Shown: positions 35,213 to 50,290, counted from the first letter of the stretch. The stretch is 64,000 bases of DNA from Octopus bimaculoides (GCF_001194135.2 NC_068993.1:53532017-53596016); one strand, 5' to 3'. The notes: generated from the letters alone by a model not told the origin. Program-made: numbers and translations.

Positions 35213-37643
35213 CTTTTACTAAATATCAGTCTTTTACTAGTGACGGGCGTATCTCTTTAGCCATGAGATATGTTATCATACTATCCCCGCTGTAAGTTGT
35301 TAACTACGAGCTATTTAGTTTAGATTTATCTAAAGAGGATTATGAAAAGAACCACACTATTTAATTAAAATTTGGAATAAACTCAAAAATAGAATCTGTA
35401 CGTACTTTTAGCCTACTTCCGAGTGAAAAATAGTTATGAAATCTAGTTTATTTGCTTGAGAAAAAACACCCGAACACTAAATAGACCATGTGTTAGACAT
35501 ATTTTTCAAGGATATCTATTTAAGATATTCCAGAACATTTTTTTAAAAGCTAAGTGCGCTGTTTCAGGGAGAATTCTTGTCAAATAGACCTTTTGCAACA
35601 GCTTTATCCTATTTCAAAATCAACCGATCTTCTCACCGTTTCAATGTCCACTCGATTACTATAATCTGCTTATCAGAATGATGGCCTAATGGGTTACCTC
35701 TAATCAGAACGTTGTTATCATATTTCAAAACCTTGGGTATCGGAACACCAAGTCGAATTTGATTATTTCCATTTTACCATACCCTGGCCTTTCACCTCAT
35801 CGGAATACATTAGAAGCTTTCTTAGTATGGTTCTCTTTATGTTAGTCTTAATGAGTTGTTACTTTAAACTGTCTACCCTCAAGCTCTTGTGTCCTGTGTC
35901 CTGTCTTATGCTCCTGTGCCCTGTCTGATCGACCGTCTGTATGCATGTGTACATATGCTGTGCTTTACGAACGGTCTCCGGGAATAAATTAACTCGTATA
36001 ATATATCGAGGCATTCTTTACTGTATATGTCTGTCTACTTCACTGTTCGTCTTTCTGATTCTATACTCTCAGTTTGACTGTCGGACTCTTGTCTGACTCC
36101 TCCGTCCTCTCTGTGTGTGTGTGAGTGTGTGTGTGTGTGTGTGCGTGTGTATTTGAAGTTGCTTCTTTTCTCACCCTCGCAAAGTTTTGTGTCAGAAGTC
36201 AATGCCAACAACCATAAACCATAAGTATTTGAGGGCGTGAGCAGTTTTAGCGGTTGTAGTAATGTCGTTAGCAATAGCAGAAGAAAATAAACAAAAGCAT
36301 TAAACGTGTAGAAACGGATGGTAAATGCAGCTTAGGAACGTCAGACAAATAACTAAACACCGCACTAACTGCCATAGCATATGTTACATGTACACAAAAC
36401 CTCTTTACTTGCAAAACTAATTTTACCGGAAGTATACTGCAGCCATTTTTAAACAAACACCATAGTTTCTCTTTATCATTTCTTTTTCTTTTTTTATATC
36501 TAAAAGCTAATATCAGATTTCATTGTTTTTATTTGATTTTGCTGTTGTTGACACTATAGTATTAGGGTTGTTTTAGTTAAATATCTCATTGCAGTCATAG
36601 TTATTGTTGTGTCTGGCATCACGTAAGATACTTCCTTATAATAATATACCAGTCATTTAGTGCGTCTGTGTTTATATCTTTGCTAAGCTATTAAAATAAT
36701 TTAAATTCAGTGTTTCTATCCTTCAGTTTTGATAATCTGTTCTATTTCACCCAAACAGACACACGTTTCTTCGGTTCATTTCTAAATATAATTCATCTTA
36801 ATATATGGCTTCCGGTTTAGATGAAATCCATCAAAGGGTCTAGGCGCCATAGATATAATATAAACACATCCCCAGGGGTTCAATTTTTTCTTCTAATTTT
36901 TAGTAGTTGGGATGCACAAAATCTTACGTTGTGCATTTTTCCTCTGCCCAATATATTCATACAGTGAATATGTAATAAATAAATACACGTAATAAATAAT
37001 AATATAATAAATAATAAATACAATTATTAATTATTGCTTTATTTTAGGCAACTAACCTATGGTGTGCGCATTAATATTTTGTGTGCACTGGTTGCATCCA
37101 GCCCAGAGGGAACAATACCCATCTTCTCTCCCTCTCCTCTCTTCCCCCACTCTCCCTTCCTCCCCGTCTCTCCCTCTCTCTCTTTATATATGTATGTTTT
37201 TCTTCGTTTTGTCACAATCTTTTTTTTTTTGCCGTCCCTCTGTACTTTTTCATTATACATATATGAAGGCGGTGAGCTGGCAGAAACGTTAGCACGCCGG
37301 GCGAAATGCACACACATGCAGACACACACACACGCACACGCACACACATGACGTTGATTGGCTCATAAAACACTACCAATCTGCGCATGTCACACTCTTT
37401 TCACTTTCCTCATGCATTAATGCAGATCAACACCAAATTCAATCTCCTCATTAAAACCTCATTAAAACCCGTTTGGCACCCATGAAAGCATGGGAAAGTG
37501 GACGTTAAAACGATGATGATGATGATGATGATGATGATTTTATAAATAAAAATCGGCTGTAGAATTTGAAACACTAACCACACCATATATAATTTGATAG
37601 TTCCTATACATTGATGAAAGTTGTTATCGACTCTAATTGATAA

Positions 37644-37976
<333 letters not shown>

Positions 37977-38004
37977 TAACGCATATATATATTTGGTACA
38001 TACA

Positions 38005-38036
<32 letters not shown>

Positions 38037-38814
38037 CATAAATATTTGTATGTATCTGTATAAATATACATATTATATATATATATGTATATATGTATAT
38101 GTATGTATATTATATACAGTTATTATATATATATGTATATGTATATGTATATGTGTATATGNNNNNNNNNNNNNNNNNNNNNNNNNNNNNNNNNNNNNNN
38201 NNNNNNNNNNNNNNNNNNNNNNNNNNNNNNNNNNNNNNNNNNNNNNNNNNNNNNNNNNNNNNNNNNNNNNNNNNNNNNCACACACATACATATATAATGA
38301 TTACAGAGAATGTTGGCTTTCTTTTTAGATTATAACCAAGTTCAGTCCAGCTGGTTTTTGTCTGTTTATGTTGCCAGAATATACATACATCGAATCACAG
38401 AACGCCCTCCACACACACACACGCACACATACATACATACACACACACACAAATACACCCACATACGAGTGCGCGCGCGTAATACCTGTTTACACATATT
38501 TGAGAATTAATCCAAACAGATTGAGGCTGTAAAGATGGATGGTAAATTATGAAGCATGCGGTTTTTTTAGGTACTCCTTTCGTAATTTTTGAGTTAACCG
38601 GCGCAGACAAACAAGCATAGATCCACAAATATTACGCACACACACATACACACACACACACTAATACACTACACACACAAATATACCACGCACACATACA
38701 CGCATATGTAAACATATATACATACTATAAGCACATGCACACAGACACACATATATAAACACATACATAAATACAATGAGCATATATACATATATACTAT
38801 ACAATACACACACG

Positions 38815-38885
<71 letters not shown>

Positions 38886-39414
38886 TCACATATAGATACT
38901 ATAAGCACATACACATACACACATATATATAAACATATATACATATATGTCTATAACCACATGTGCACATATATACATGTATACATGTATGTATATATGT
39001 ATATGCGCACATGTGCACATATATACAAGTATCCATGTATGTATATATGCGTTGTTATATATACGTATATATGTCTGTATGTGCGTACCTCAGGTGTGGT
39101 TCGTCCACGCTGGAAACTCACAAGACACAACAAATTCACAAATTCATCATAATTATTAAACGTACTCATTAATACAATCATAGTTCGTAATGGAAACATC
39201 ATGTATTATTATTATGACAGCCGTTCTGGGATAACTGTGCGTACGACGCACATTTTGTTGCGTCATACAATGGCACAGGGCGTATGGCGGGAAAATGTCA
39301 ACGTGACCAAACTATTGACCAATGGATGAACGTCATTTCACTGGCGCACATCTTATATTCATTTTTGTGGTGTCTTTACGCTTAAAACTTCTATCTTTTA
39401 CTCTTTTCACTCAT

Positions 39415-39585
39415 TCGACCCCGGCCATGCTGGGGCATCGACTTCGAGAGTTTCATCGAAATCCACTCACAAAGCTCTGGTCGGCGCGAGGCTATAGTAG
39501 AAGACACTTGCCCAATGTGCCACGCAGTGGGACTGAACCTGGAATCAGGTTGGTAAGCAAGCTACTTACCACATAGTAACTCCCG
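39415..39585 (-). mobile_element. SINE family B 5' half
   Basis: CTATAGTAGAAGACACTTGCCCAATGTGCCACGCAGTGGGACTGAACC. Confidence 0.8.
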
Positions 39586-39775
39586 CGTCTATACATAAAT
39601 TCTTTAAAGCATTAATTGAAGTTAATCATCCTTATAATTATTGTTTGTGCAGTGTTATAATTTAGGAGTGATTTGCTTTGAAATTTAAAACTACGCAATG
39701 AATAACAAAAGATGAAATCAGGTCGAAAGCATGTTATGTACAAGAACAGTCAAAAGATGTTCTTGTGCGCTACAG

Positions 39776-39825
<50 letters not shown>

Positions 39826-40450
39826 GTCTATCTATCTATCTATCTATCTATCTATCAGTTTGTCTGTCTACCTTTATGTCTGTGTGTCTGTCTGTATGTC
39901 TGTCTATGTATGTATGTATGTATGTATGTATGTTATCAATCAGTTTCATTTCTGTATTTCTTGTCCATAGAGAAAGAGCCGGACTCTAACATAGATTCAA
40001 GGCTCCTTCATTGGAACTTTTATCAACATCATCTAGGTATTTGTGCATATGTGTGTGTGTGCAGTATTTGGTGTTAGTGTATGCGCAGATTTGTATGTTT
40101 GTTTTATGGATGCNNNNNNNNNNNNNNNNNNNNNNNNNNNNNNNNNNNNNNNNNNNNNNNNNNNNNNNNNNNNNNNNNNNNNNNNNNNNNNNNNNNNNNN
40201 NNNNNNNNNNNNNNNNNNNNNNNNNNNNNNNNNNNNNNNNNNNNNNNNNNNNNNNNNNNNNNNNNNNNNNNNNNNNNNNNNNNNNNNNNNNNNNNNNNNN
40301 NNNNNNNNNNNNNNNNNNNNNNNNNNNNNNNNNNNNNNNNNNNNNNNNNNNNNNNNNNNNNNNNNNNNNNNNNNNNNNNNNNNNNNNNNNNNNNNNNNNN
40401 NNNNNNNNNNNNNNNNNNNNNNNNNNNNNNNNNNNNNNNNNNNNNNNNNN

Positions 40451-40495
<45 letters not shown>

Positions 40496-40523
40496 GTTTA
40501 TTAACCTTCTGATATATTCGTAA

Positions 40524-40766
<243 letters not shown>

Positions 40767-41126
40767 TGAGAGAGAAAGGATGTCCGTAATCGTTAGAACT
40801 GCAGTGCAGAACCAGTAGTGTTTCAAGTAACTCCTCGGAGTAATGCAGACTTGAAATCATATTTAAGACATTGAAATGGCACAAATACTAGTGGAAGGGA
40901 ATTACGGATTAATTCTGGTGGTAAAGTAGAACGAAAGATGGAGAGTTTAAGCGTTCGTTTTTATGGTATTTTCAACTTTCATTTCTCATTTTTTTATTTC
41001 TCATTTATTTCTCATTTTTTATTTTCATTTAAAGAATGATTTAAAGAAACAGAGATCTTATTTGAGAAAAATTGAATTTCTATGTTTAAGCGAAAAATCT
41101 GATTGTTGTTAGTAGGAAAACTGACA

Positions 41127-41174
41127 GCTATAGACATGTTTCGGCCTTAATAGATCTCATCAGTCAAGCATAGC
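41127..41174 (-). ncRNA. Hammerhead-like motif of Penelope pLTR type (unrelated to family E)
   Basis: Minus strand GCTATGCTTGA-CTGATGA-GATCT-ATTA-AGGCC-GAAAC-ATGTC-TATAGC; palindromic ACATGT and GUC triplet; stems I and II imperfect. Confidence 0.55.
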
Positions 41175-41705
41175 CTTCTCAAACTTTGCTTTTTTGAAAG
41201 AACAGCGATTTTTACATATAAAAAAAAGGGTTACGAAGAATTTTGGTCGTGCCCCAGCATGGTCACAGTCTTTAGACTGAAACACATTAAGGAATAAAAT
41301 AAGAAAAAAATACATTAGCTGGACCAATCTAGATTCTTCAGATAAATGTATTTAGTCGCAGAGAGAAAATAAATGCTATAATGGCAACAATTTAGTGATT
41401 TTCAGAGAACAGGAGGAAGTAATTTCTTACATCATTGGGGGTAAAGCTAGGAAACTCCCAATAATGTTTTCATCGACCTTGATTAGACTTGAACTGAGAA
41501 AATAGAGGGGCAGAACTAAATGGTTGCTTACACACCGCCAAATCGATTTTGGAATCTAATAATCACTTCCACACAAAGGTTTTACCAAAATTTCAGTCAC
41601 AAAGCGTTTCTGTCATGTTTCCCGTCCGTTTTCGTCAAATCACATGCTGTTAGTTAAATGATCGAATCAAAATTTATCTTGTTGTCTTGTTTATTACTAA
41701 ACGTT

Positions 41706-41741
<36 letters not shown>

Positions 41742-43204
41742 ACTGCTGTTGTTGTGGTTGTTGTTGCTGCGTAGTCCCACAAGGTATGTCTGGTAAGAGA
41801 GATATCATGCGGTAATCCAACTAACCCAAAGTATGTCTGATCGGACGTACCTTGTGGTAGTTGACTGAATGTCTTGGTTGATTGTAGGTGGTCTTGTATG
41901 GAAGAATGAATATGTACTCTCTCCACTGTCCAGTTTGTTGTTTTTACTGCCAACTCACCACTAATATAACAGATATATGGTCAAAGTTGTTAAGGAATTG
42001 ACCATCATGTCTTTGTTTGTTTGTTTTTTGCATATCTAGGACTAAATTGTCAAATGTTCCTTCTGTTTTAAGGCGGTATGGTATAGTTTGAGGGAGACTT
42101 GACTGTTTTTCTAGCAGGTCGAAATTTCAAGCCTTGTGCCTATAGTAGAAAGGATAATTAAGAATTAGCGTTCAAATATATTTTGAACGCTTCAGCGAAA
42201 TCGAAAAAGAGTATAATTTTCATGGAACAAACCTTCCTGCTTCTCACCAATGCCCACCATCAGCAAAGAGCCCACCCTAAGGATGTCAGAGATAACGGCG
42301 TATTTATGGAAGAAAGTGTATGTAAAACGAGAAACAAGACTTGTGTTATTTCAGATGGCAGCTAACTGCGAGATGCGGTCTAACACCAGCACCGTTGCTA
42401 CGGAGCGTATATGTTGGGTGAGGGAATAATTAAAGCAACAACGACTAGCCTCTCCCTTACCTGGGTACGAACGCTCTACTATACTGTTAGTGGCTCTGTT
42501 ATGTTGATATATAACTTTGTTTTGTTAAGAGTTTGTAAAAGAAAAGAANNNNNNNNNNNNNNNNNNNNNNNNNNNNNNNNNNNNNNNNNNNNNNNNNNNN
42601 NNNNNNNNNNNNNNNNNNNNNNNNNNNNNNNNNNNNNNNNNNNNNNNNNNNNNNNNNNNNNNNNNNNNNNNNNNNNNNNNNNNNNNNNNNNNNNNNNNNN
42701 NNNNNNNNNNNNNNNNNNNNNNNNNNNNNNNNNNNNNNNNNNNNNNNNNNNNNNNNNNNNNNNNNNNNNNNNNNNNNNNNNNNNNNNNNNNNNNNNNNNN
42801 NNNNNNNNNNNNNNNNNNNNNNNNNNNNNNNNNNNNNNNNNNNNNNNNNNNNNNNNNNNNNNNNNNNNNNNNNNNNNNNNNNNNNNNNNNNNNNNNNNNN
42901 NNNNNNNNNNNNNNNNNNNNNNNNNNNNNNNNNNNNNNNNNNNNNNNNNNNNNNNNNNNNNNNNNNNNNNNNNNNNNNNNNNNNNNNNNNNNNNNNNNNN
43001 NNNNNNNNNNNNNNNNNNNNNNNNNNNNNNNNNNNNNNNNNNNNNNNNNNNNNNNNNNNNNNNNNNNNNNNNNNNNNNNNNNNNNNNNNNNNNNNNNNNN
43101 NNNNNNNNNNNNNNNNNNNNNNNNNNNNNNNNNNNNNNNNNNNNNNNNNNNNNNNNNNNNNNNNTTTAGAGGACTTAGGTTCCGAAACGTTGTTAATATT
43201 TTGA

Positions 43205-43298
43205 AGGACACCGCCGAGGTCGACTTTGCCTTTCGTGCTTTCAGAATCGATAAATTAAGCACCGGTTGCATACTGGAGTTGATCTAATCGACTGCGTT

Positions 43299-43339
<41 letters not shown>

Positions 43340-43590
43340 TCGGGCCTTGTGCCTAGAGTAGAAAAGAATATTTTGAAGGGCCAGCTGGCAGAATCGTTAG
43401 CATGCCGGACAAAATGCTTAGCGGCATTTCATCCATCTTTACGCTCTGAGTTCAAATTCCGCCGCGGTTGACTCTGCCTTTCATTCTTTCAGCGTCGATA
43501 AAACAAGTACCAGTTGTGTACTAGGGCTGATGTAATCGATTTACTCCTTCCCACGAAATTGCTGATTTTGTACCAAAATTTGAAATCAAT
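43205..43590 (+). mobile_element. Two tandem SINE family A copies (first carries an (AC)n expansion)
   Basis: CGCCGAGGTCGACTTTGCC..(AC)n..GGCCTTGTGCCTAGAGTAGAAAAG, then GCTGGCAGAATCGTTAGC..CCAAAATTTGAAATC. Confidence 0.8.
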
Positions 43591-44539
43591 TTTAGTTTTA
43601 CTCTTTTTGTAATAAACCAACAAAAAAAAAAAATCGTTCATCAGCAGGACTCAGTTATCATCTGCTCCAGTTTGTGTTTGTAATTAGTTGGAAGAATTAA
43701 GGTTACCAGAGGGCAGCACAGAATACATCAGTTGTCAAGCATATAAAGATCTAATCTTCGCGTTATTAGGGGTATCACATATCTCCACTGCCATGCTGTA
43801 TTGGTAGTCATGTGTGTGTGCGCATGCGTGTATATATGTGTGTGAGAGAAGAGAGTAAGAGTAAGAGAGAAAAGGAAGTGGTAGGATAGGAATGGATAAT
43901 ACGGTTGGTCACGTGTCATTTTAAGATCCTAGAAAATGTAAACAGCATGATGGTAAGAACATTACAATGTCGCTTGGTTTACATTTCGACGCTGTTATAG
44001 TATATTGACACTAATCAACTAATCTCCTAACTTCTATATGTAGGGTGAGTGGTGGGGAGAGTGTACAAGATAGAATATCGTCTTGAGGGTGGCGGAGGGA
44101 AGGGATTGGTTTTCATTCATTTTGTTGACCGCCCCCCCCCCCACCAACCGAAGATGGTGATGTGAGAATCCGGTTGGGCAAAAAACGAGGTCAGGCTACT
44201 GTCCCTTAGTCATGGGGTCCTTTCATAAATCTCGTTTTCCCTGGGTCTGAAGAAGCATTCATTTCTCTTATTGTTTATTCAGGGTGGGAAGGGTAGCACC
44301 GGAGACTTTTATTCGTATCGGGACTCCCAGTGATTGATGGGAAGAAGGAAGAAAGAAAGGAATGAAGGAAGGAAATTGTCTTCAAACTGGAGACCTTGTC
44401 TGCATGTTTGCAGCAGAGTGAATTCCACAAAAGGCTGGCAAGAATCAAGAATTTGTTAAAGCGGGAAACCCAAGAACACAGATTAAAAAGGGCCGGAACA
44501 ACTACCGCTGTGTATTTTACCCAATTCCGTAAAATTTTG

Positions 44540-44770
44540 CCAGGAGTGGCTGTGTGGTAAGTAGCTTGCTTACCAAACACATGGTTCCGGGTTCAGTCCC
44601 ACTGCGTGGCATCTTGGGCAAGTGTCTTCTACTATAGCCTCAGGCCAACCAAAGCCTTGTGAGTGGATTTGGTAGACGGAAACTGAAAGAAGCCCGTCGT
44701 ATATATGTGTGTGCAGAAACGTTAACACGCCGGACGAAATGCTTAGCGGTATTTCGTCTGTCTTTACGTT
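44540..44770 (+). mobile_element. SINE family B 5' half followed by family A head
   Basis: CAGGAGTGGCTGTGTGG..GAAAGAAGCCCGTCG(TA/TG)n, then GCAGAAACGTTAACACGCCGGACGAAATGCTTAGCGG. Confidence 0.8.
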
Positions 44771-45571
44771 TTTTTTTTGTGAAGGATCGGCGCTTTATTG
44801 GAATGATACATTTTCTAATAGAACACGAAAAAATACTACATAAAGATAGGATAAGCACNNNNNNNNNNNNNNNNNNNNNNNNNNNNNNNNNNNNNNNNNN
44901 NNNNNNNNNNNNNNNNNNNNNNNNNNNNNNNNNNNNNNNNNNNNNNNNNNNNNNNNNNNNNNNNNNNNNNNNNNNNNNNNNNNNNNNNNNNNNNNNNNNN
45001 NNNNNNNNNNNNNNNNNNNNNNNNNNNNNNNNNNNNNNNNNNNNNNNNNNNNNNNNNNNNNNNNNNNNNNNNNNNNNNNNNNNNNNNNNNNNNNNNNNNN
45101 NNNNNNNNNNNNNNNNNNNNNNNNNNNNNNNNNNNNNNNNNNNNNNNNNNNNNNNNNNNNNNNNNNNNNNNNNNNNNNNNNNNNNNNNNNNNNNNNNNNN
45201 NNNNNNNNNNNNNNNNNNNNNNNNNNNNNNNNNNNNNNNNNNNNNNNNNNNNNNNNNNNNNNNNNNNNNNNNNNNNNNNNNNNNNNNNNNNNNNNNNNNN
45301 NNNNNNNNNNNNNNNNNNNNNNNNNNNNNNNNNNNNNNNNNNNNNNNNNTATATATATATACATATATATGTATTTATATATTAGAACTTACGATCAACA
45401 TTTGTTCTGTATTTCATAACTAGTAATTGAACTACGTATAGAAGCTGTTTGTCACTCTATTGGAAGGAGACTGCTGGATGATGATAATCTACATGGAGCT
45501 CTAAATATAGCATTGACACTCATACTTGCATTTGTACACACAAAATATACATATACATACATACACATACG

Positions 45572-45612
<41 letters not shown>

Positions 45613-46480
45613 GTATGCATGCATGTATGTGTGTGTCTATATGTACATGTGTGTATATATATATATATATATATATTTGTACATACTGACATATTTATTT
45701 ACACACACACACACACGTACACATACACACACACACACATTCAGATTAATCTTCGCTTCTTTGTTTTTGCTTCAAGAAATCCAACAATTCTTTTCAAAAT
45801 ACAACGGTCTTTGAATTCCTCGCACATTTTCCCCCTTAAGAATTAGACAGAAAGCTTCTATTTCAGAAAATTTCCTTTGATTTCCAACCAACTCCTTTGA
45901 GAACGTGTTATTCGCTAAAAAANNNNNNNNNNNNNNNNNNNNNNNNNNNNNNNNNNNNNNNNNNNNNNNNNNNNNNNNNNNNNNNNNNNNNNNNNNNNNN
46001 NNNNNNNNNNNNNNNNNNNNNNNNNNNNNNNNNNNNNNNNNNNNNNNNNNNNNNNNNNNNNNNNNNNNNNNNNNNNNNNNNNNNNNNNNNNNNNNNNNNN
46101 NNNNNNNNNNNNNNNNNNNNNNNNNNNNNNNNNNNNNNNNNNNNNNNNNNNNNNNNNNNNNNNNNNNNNNNNNNNNNNNNNNNNNNNNNNNNNNNNNNNN
46201 NNNNNNNNNNNNNNNNNNNNNNNNNNNNNNNNNNNNNNNNNNNNNNNNNNNNNNNNNNNNNATAATCGCTAAAATAAAGGTTAATACCAGCGCAATGTAT
46301 TGCTTCATTCCTCGTCTACCTGTCGACATGGTGGAAAGTGAGACCAGCTATGTCTTCGCTTACATCTCAAACCTTCTAAAAATAAATCTGTTACCTAATG
46401 TTTAGTCAACAGTACCTTGTTGACCTGAATTCTAGTGACAAAAGACCATACAATTTAAAAATATATGTGTGCATGCTTGC

Positions 46481-46546
<66 letters not shown>

Positions 46547-46708
46547 CCTTAGAGGAAATTTATAAACATTTAATGCATCGCTACGCGCGTTTCCACAAAA
46601 TCACATGACACTTAAGATCACAATCCGTAGTTCTGGGATGATTACAGTGCAGTCCATAGTATCCGAGGGTATCCGGTTGATCATCTCCATGGATTCATTT
46701 CTTCAGGT

Positions 46709-47045
46709 GATCAACGGAACAGCCTGCTCTTGAAATTAACGTGCAAATAGTTGAGCACTCCGCAGACACATGTACCCTTAACGTCGTTCTCAGGGAGATT
46801 CAGTGTGGCACAGAGTGTGTCAAGGCTGGCCCTTTGAAATACAGGTACTACAGAAACAGGAAGAAAGAGTGAGAGAAGATTGTGGTGAAAGAGTACAGCA
46901 GGGTTCGTCACCACCCCCTGCCGGAGCCTCATGGAGCTTTAGGTGCTTTGGCTCAATAAACACTCACAACGCCCGGTCTGGAATCGACACCGCAGTCCTA
47001 CGACCGCGAGTCCGCTGCTCTAACCACTGGGCCATTGCACCTCCA
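46709..47045 (-). mobile_element. tRNA-headed SINE family C
   Basis: Minus strand GGTGCAATGGCCCAGTGGTTAGAGCAGCGGACTCGCGGTCG head, body ..TTAATTTCAAGAGCAGGCTGTTCCGTTGATC; head also at ~58225-58270, body at ~18995-19240. Confidence 0.8.
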
Positions 47046-47180
47046 CACATACACATTGGGTAATACAATGTCAAGTGCATTTGTTTCTTTTTATATGTTG
47101 TATAAATATGTCATAATCTGACTCGATGCCTGCTGTTTGTTCTATTATACATACAAAAAGCATACATACATACATATAAG

Positions 47181-47215
<35 letters not shown>

Positions 47216-48216
47216 TCGTGTAATTGCGTATTTAATTGAGAAAAAACAACAAAAAATAGTATTTTAAGAATAGTCTAATAGCAAAGCTGCCATCAAAATC
47301 AACATTTAAAGTTTTGTTAACATTATATAGTAAGCAAAAAAAAGGTGGGGGGGGGCGGAAAAAAAGAAAAAAGGAAGAAAGAAAGAAAAAGAAAATCTTG
47401 CACTATATCACATAAAAAAGACAATTATTAGGTTAATTTGGTAATGTCTTTTGTGGGAAGGGTTCGTCGCTTAGGAATATCTTACTGATAACACTATAAC
47501 GATTCATATATATATGTATATATGTATATATATACAAGAGCGCTTATCTCATGCTATCGTATCTCTTTCGTACATGACTTCCCGCCAGTTTCTCTTCCTA
47601 TTTCAAAAGTAATTTGTGTTAAACAATTTAGTTTCGTTCAGCAGTCATGTTTCTTGTCAGGAGATTGTATGCATTTTATTTACTGTGTATTTCATTTGCG
47701 ACCCGACAAAAAGTTAGCTGTTATCATCCTTCATTTCACACGCAGCCCCTCACGGCATAACTAACATACGTCTTTCCTTCTTTGCTTTGCTTAATTGCAG
47801 ATTAGCACTAACTTCCTTGAATTCTACTGATTACAGTTTACTATTGCCGAAGGATGCAAACTAGTTGGGTAGATAAGTTTGTGGCTCAACCAGCCCACGT
47901 ATTCTGATTTCAAATCAGCCACATACGTTTTGTTTTCTTCGTCATTGGACAGGGAATCTAGCTTGTAGATAACGTGTTTCCTTTTTATTAGATTCAGCCA
48001 TTTGATAGCGGCCATACAAGGATTCCGATTATATTGTTCAACTACTTTGTCTAATATTTATTCCATCGTTCTCTTTAGATATGAAATACAATCTGGACAT
48101 CGGCATAAAGGGAGCTTGCTCAACCCGACACTATTATCGGTAGATATTTCTGTTTGTGAATGTACTGGTTCTCACCCTTTGATTATATAAATACACAGAA
48201 CACACACACACACACA

Positions 48217-48250
<34 letters not shown>

Positions 48251-48429
48251 NNNNNNNNNNNNNNNNNNNNNNNNNNNNNNNNNNNNNNNNNNNNNNNNNN
48301 NNNNNNNNNNNNNNNNNNNNNNNNNNNNNNNNNNNNNNNNNNACACACACACGTGCACGTATGTACCAAAGTTTTCCGTGCAATTTCCATCGATAAGGCG
48401 CACGTCAGCTCGCTGCCATATCGATAATA

Positions 48430-48590
48430 ATATTGGTTTCAAATTTTGGCTCAAGGGAGGGGGTAAATTAATTGCATCGACCCCAGTGCTCAACTGGTAC
48501 TTATTTTATCAACCCTGAAGGATAAAAGGCGAAGTCGACCTCTGTGGAATTTGAACTCAGAACGTAAAGACAGACGAAATACCGCCAAGC
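48430..48590 (-). mobile_element. SINE family A
   Basis: GGTTTCAAATTTTGG..CTGGTACTTATTTTATC..GAATTTGAACTCAGAACGTAAAGAC. Confidence 0.8.
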
Positions 48591-49924
48591 TTTAACTAAT
48601 GCTGCGACCAGCAAGAATACTGCACGAAATAATTTCCGGAATTAATAAAGGTACTTTTGAGTTATCTATTCTATTGAAAATCTGTACAGATAACCTAAAA
48701 GAGATTAAATCGCCCAGCTAACACAAAAAGTAAACATAGCATTGACTTACAAACTTTAATATACTTAGTACTTAATATACTTGCAAAACGCAATACGCTG
48801 TTGCTACGAGTAAAAGTTTGGAAAACTGGCTAAATCTAACAGAGCATTTCATTTTCATGTCTAGTTGGACACCATCTTTGTTTGAATGCTAACAGCACTT
48901 CATCCATATTGCTCTAGTTCATAATTTGAGTCCTTTCTGACGTTGATCACATATATCTGAAACTCCATGATTTATTTCATACTTCCCAGGCAACTTCTGT
49001 GCAATACCGGTTCGTACTTTCATACTTCGGTTGTGTCTGTTTATGAAACAATAACTCCAAAATGAAGACTCGGTAACATAACTGCTGCTAGTTTTCTTTC
49101 TTTTTTTTTCTGTTAATCTCCTTGGCTTGCATAATATCATCTTTATTGAGATTATATGCCCACCATACATCGTTGATTGCGTATCTTTAATTTTCAAACT
49201 TGCTCTGTTGAGAAATTTGCTTCTTTTTGACGTCCTCCTTGTTTTTCCCCCCTTCTCGTTTTCTTTAGTACCACCCATTGTTTTCTTTATTCCCAAATCA
49301 TTGTCTTCTTTTCAGTTGGTCGTGGTCTGTCACTCAGCTGCCCAGTGTTGTTCAGCATATTCCACGGCTTGTAAATCGTAACTAATTATGTATGTTTGTC
49401 TTCTCCGCTTAATTACCATTGTATAGCGTCGTAGACGGTGTATTGTCAGCTGAATAACTAAACTGACAATCAACAGATGGCGTCTACTTCGGTGGTACTT
49501 CTGTCAGGTTCTAAAGGCGCGTGAGACGTCATCATTGTCGATTCTCCATAAACCAAGCATAGCAAATGCGGTTTTGCTACCAGTGTCTGTAAACTCTTGT
49601 TAACCATCACCAATGCATTAAAAAAAATCAACTCGTTACAGTAACCATGGTACTGAGATATGTTAATTATATGTGAATTGTAGCTGTAGGCTTGTATTAC
49701 GAGAATGAAGTTCTTGTGACCTTGCTGTCAAATTCTACGCTTTAGCTAGGTCTTTTAGTGATAAGAGGCTATGCGATTTGGGGGATTTTTTTTTTCTGGA
49801 ACCGGACGGTACAATAAATGTTTAACCGGATGTCATGGTATAAGATACCCGCTCAAAGTGCCGCGCAGTAAGATCGAACTCGAAACCACATCGTTATATC
49901 AGTGTTTATTCTGGAAAATTCTTA

Positions 49925-50290
49925 GGCGTGACTGTGTGGTAAGAAATTTACTTCCCAACCACATGCTTCCAGGTTCAGTCCCACTGCGTGGCAAGTGTCT
50001 TCTACTATAGTCTCAAGCTAGCCAAAGCCTTGTTAGTGGATTTGGTAGACGGAAACAGAAAGAAGCCCGTCGAATCTATGTGTGTCTTTGTGTCTGTGTT
50101 TGTCCCACACAGTTTGACAACTGGTGTCGGTGTGCTTACGTCCCCGAAAATTAGCGGTTCAGCAAAAGAGACCACTAGAATAAGTACTAGGCTTTAAAAA
50201 AATGTACTGGGCTCGATTCATTTGACTAAAATTCTTCAAGACAGTGCCCCAGTATGGCCACAGTCTAATGAGTGAGACAAGTAAAAGATA
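49925..50290 (+). mobile_element. SINE family B, near full length
   Basis: GTGACTGTGTGGTAAG..GGTTCAGTCCCACTGCGTGG..CCCCAGTATGGCCACAGTCTAATGA. Confidence 0.8.

Noticed and set aside
35820-36050. Solo LTR
   Set aside because: Has AATAAA and LTR-like composition, but I could not identify TG..CA ends with a TSD.
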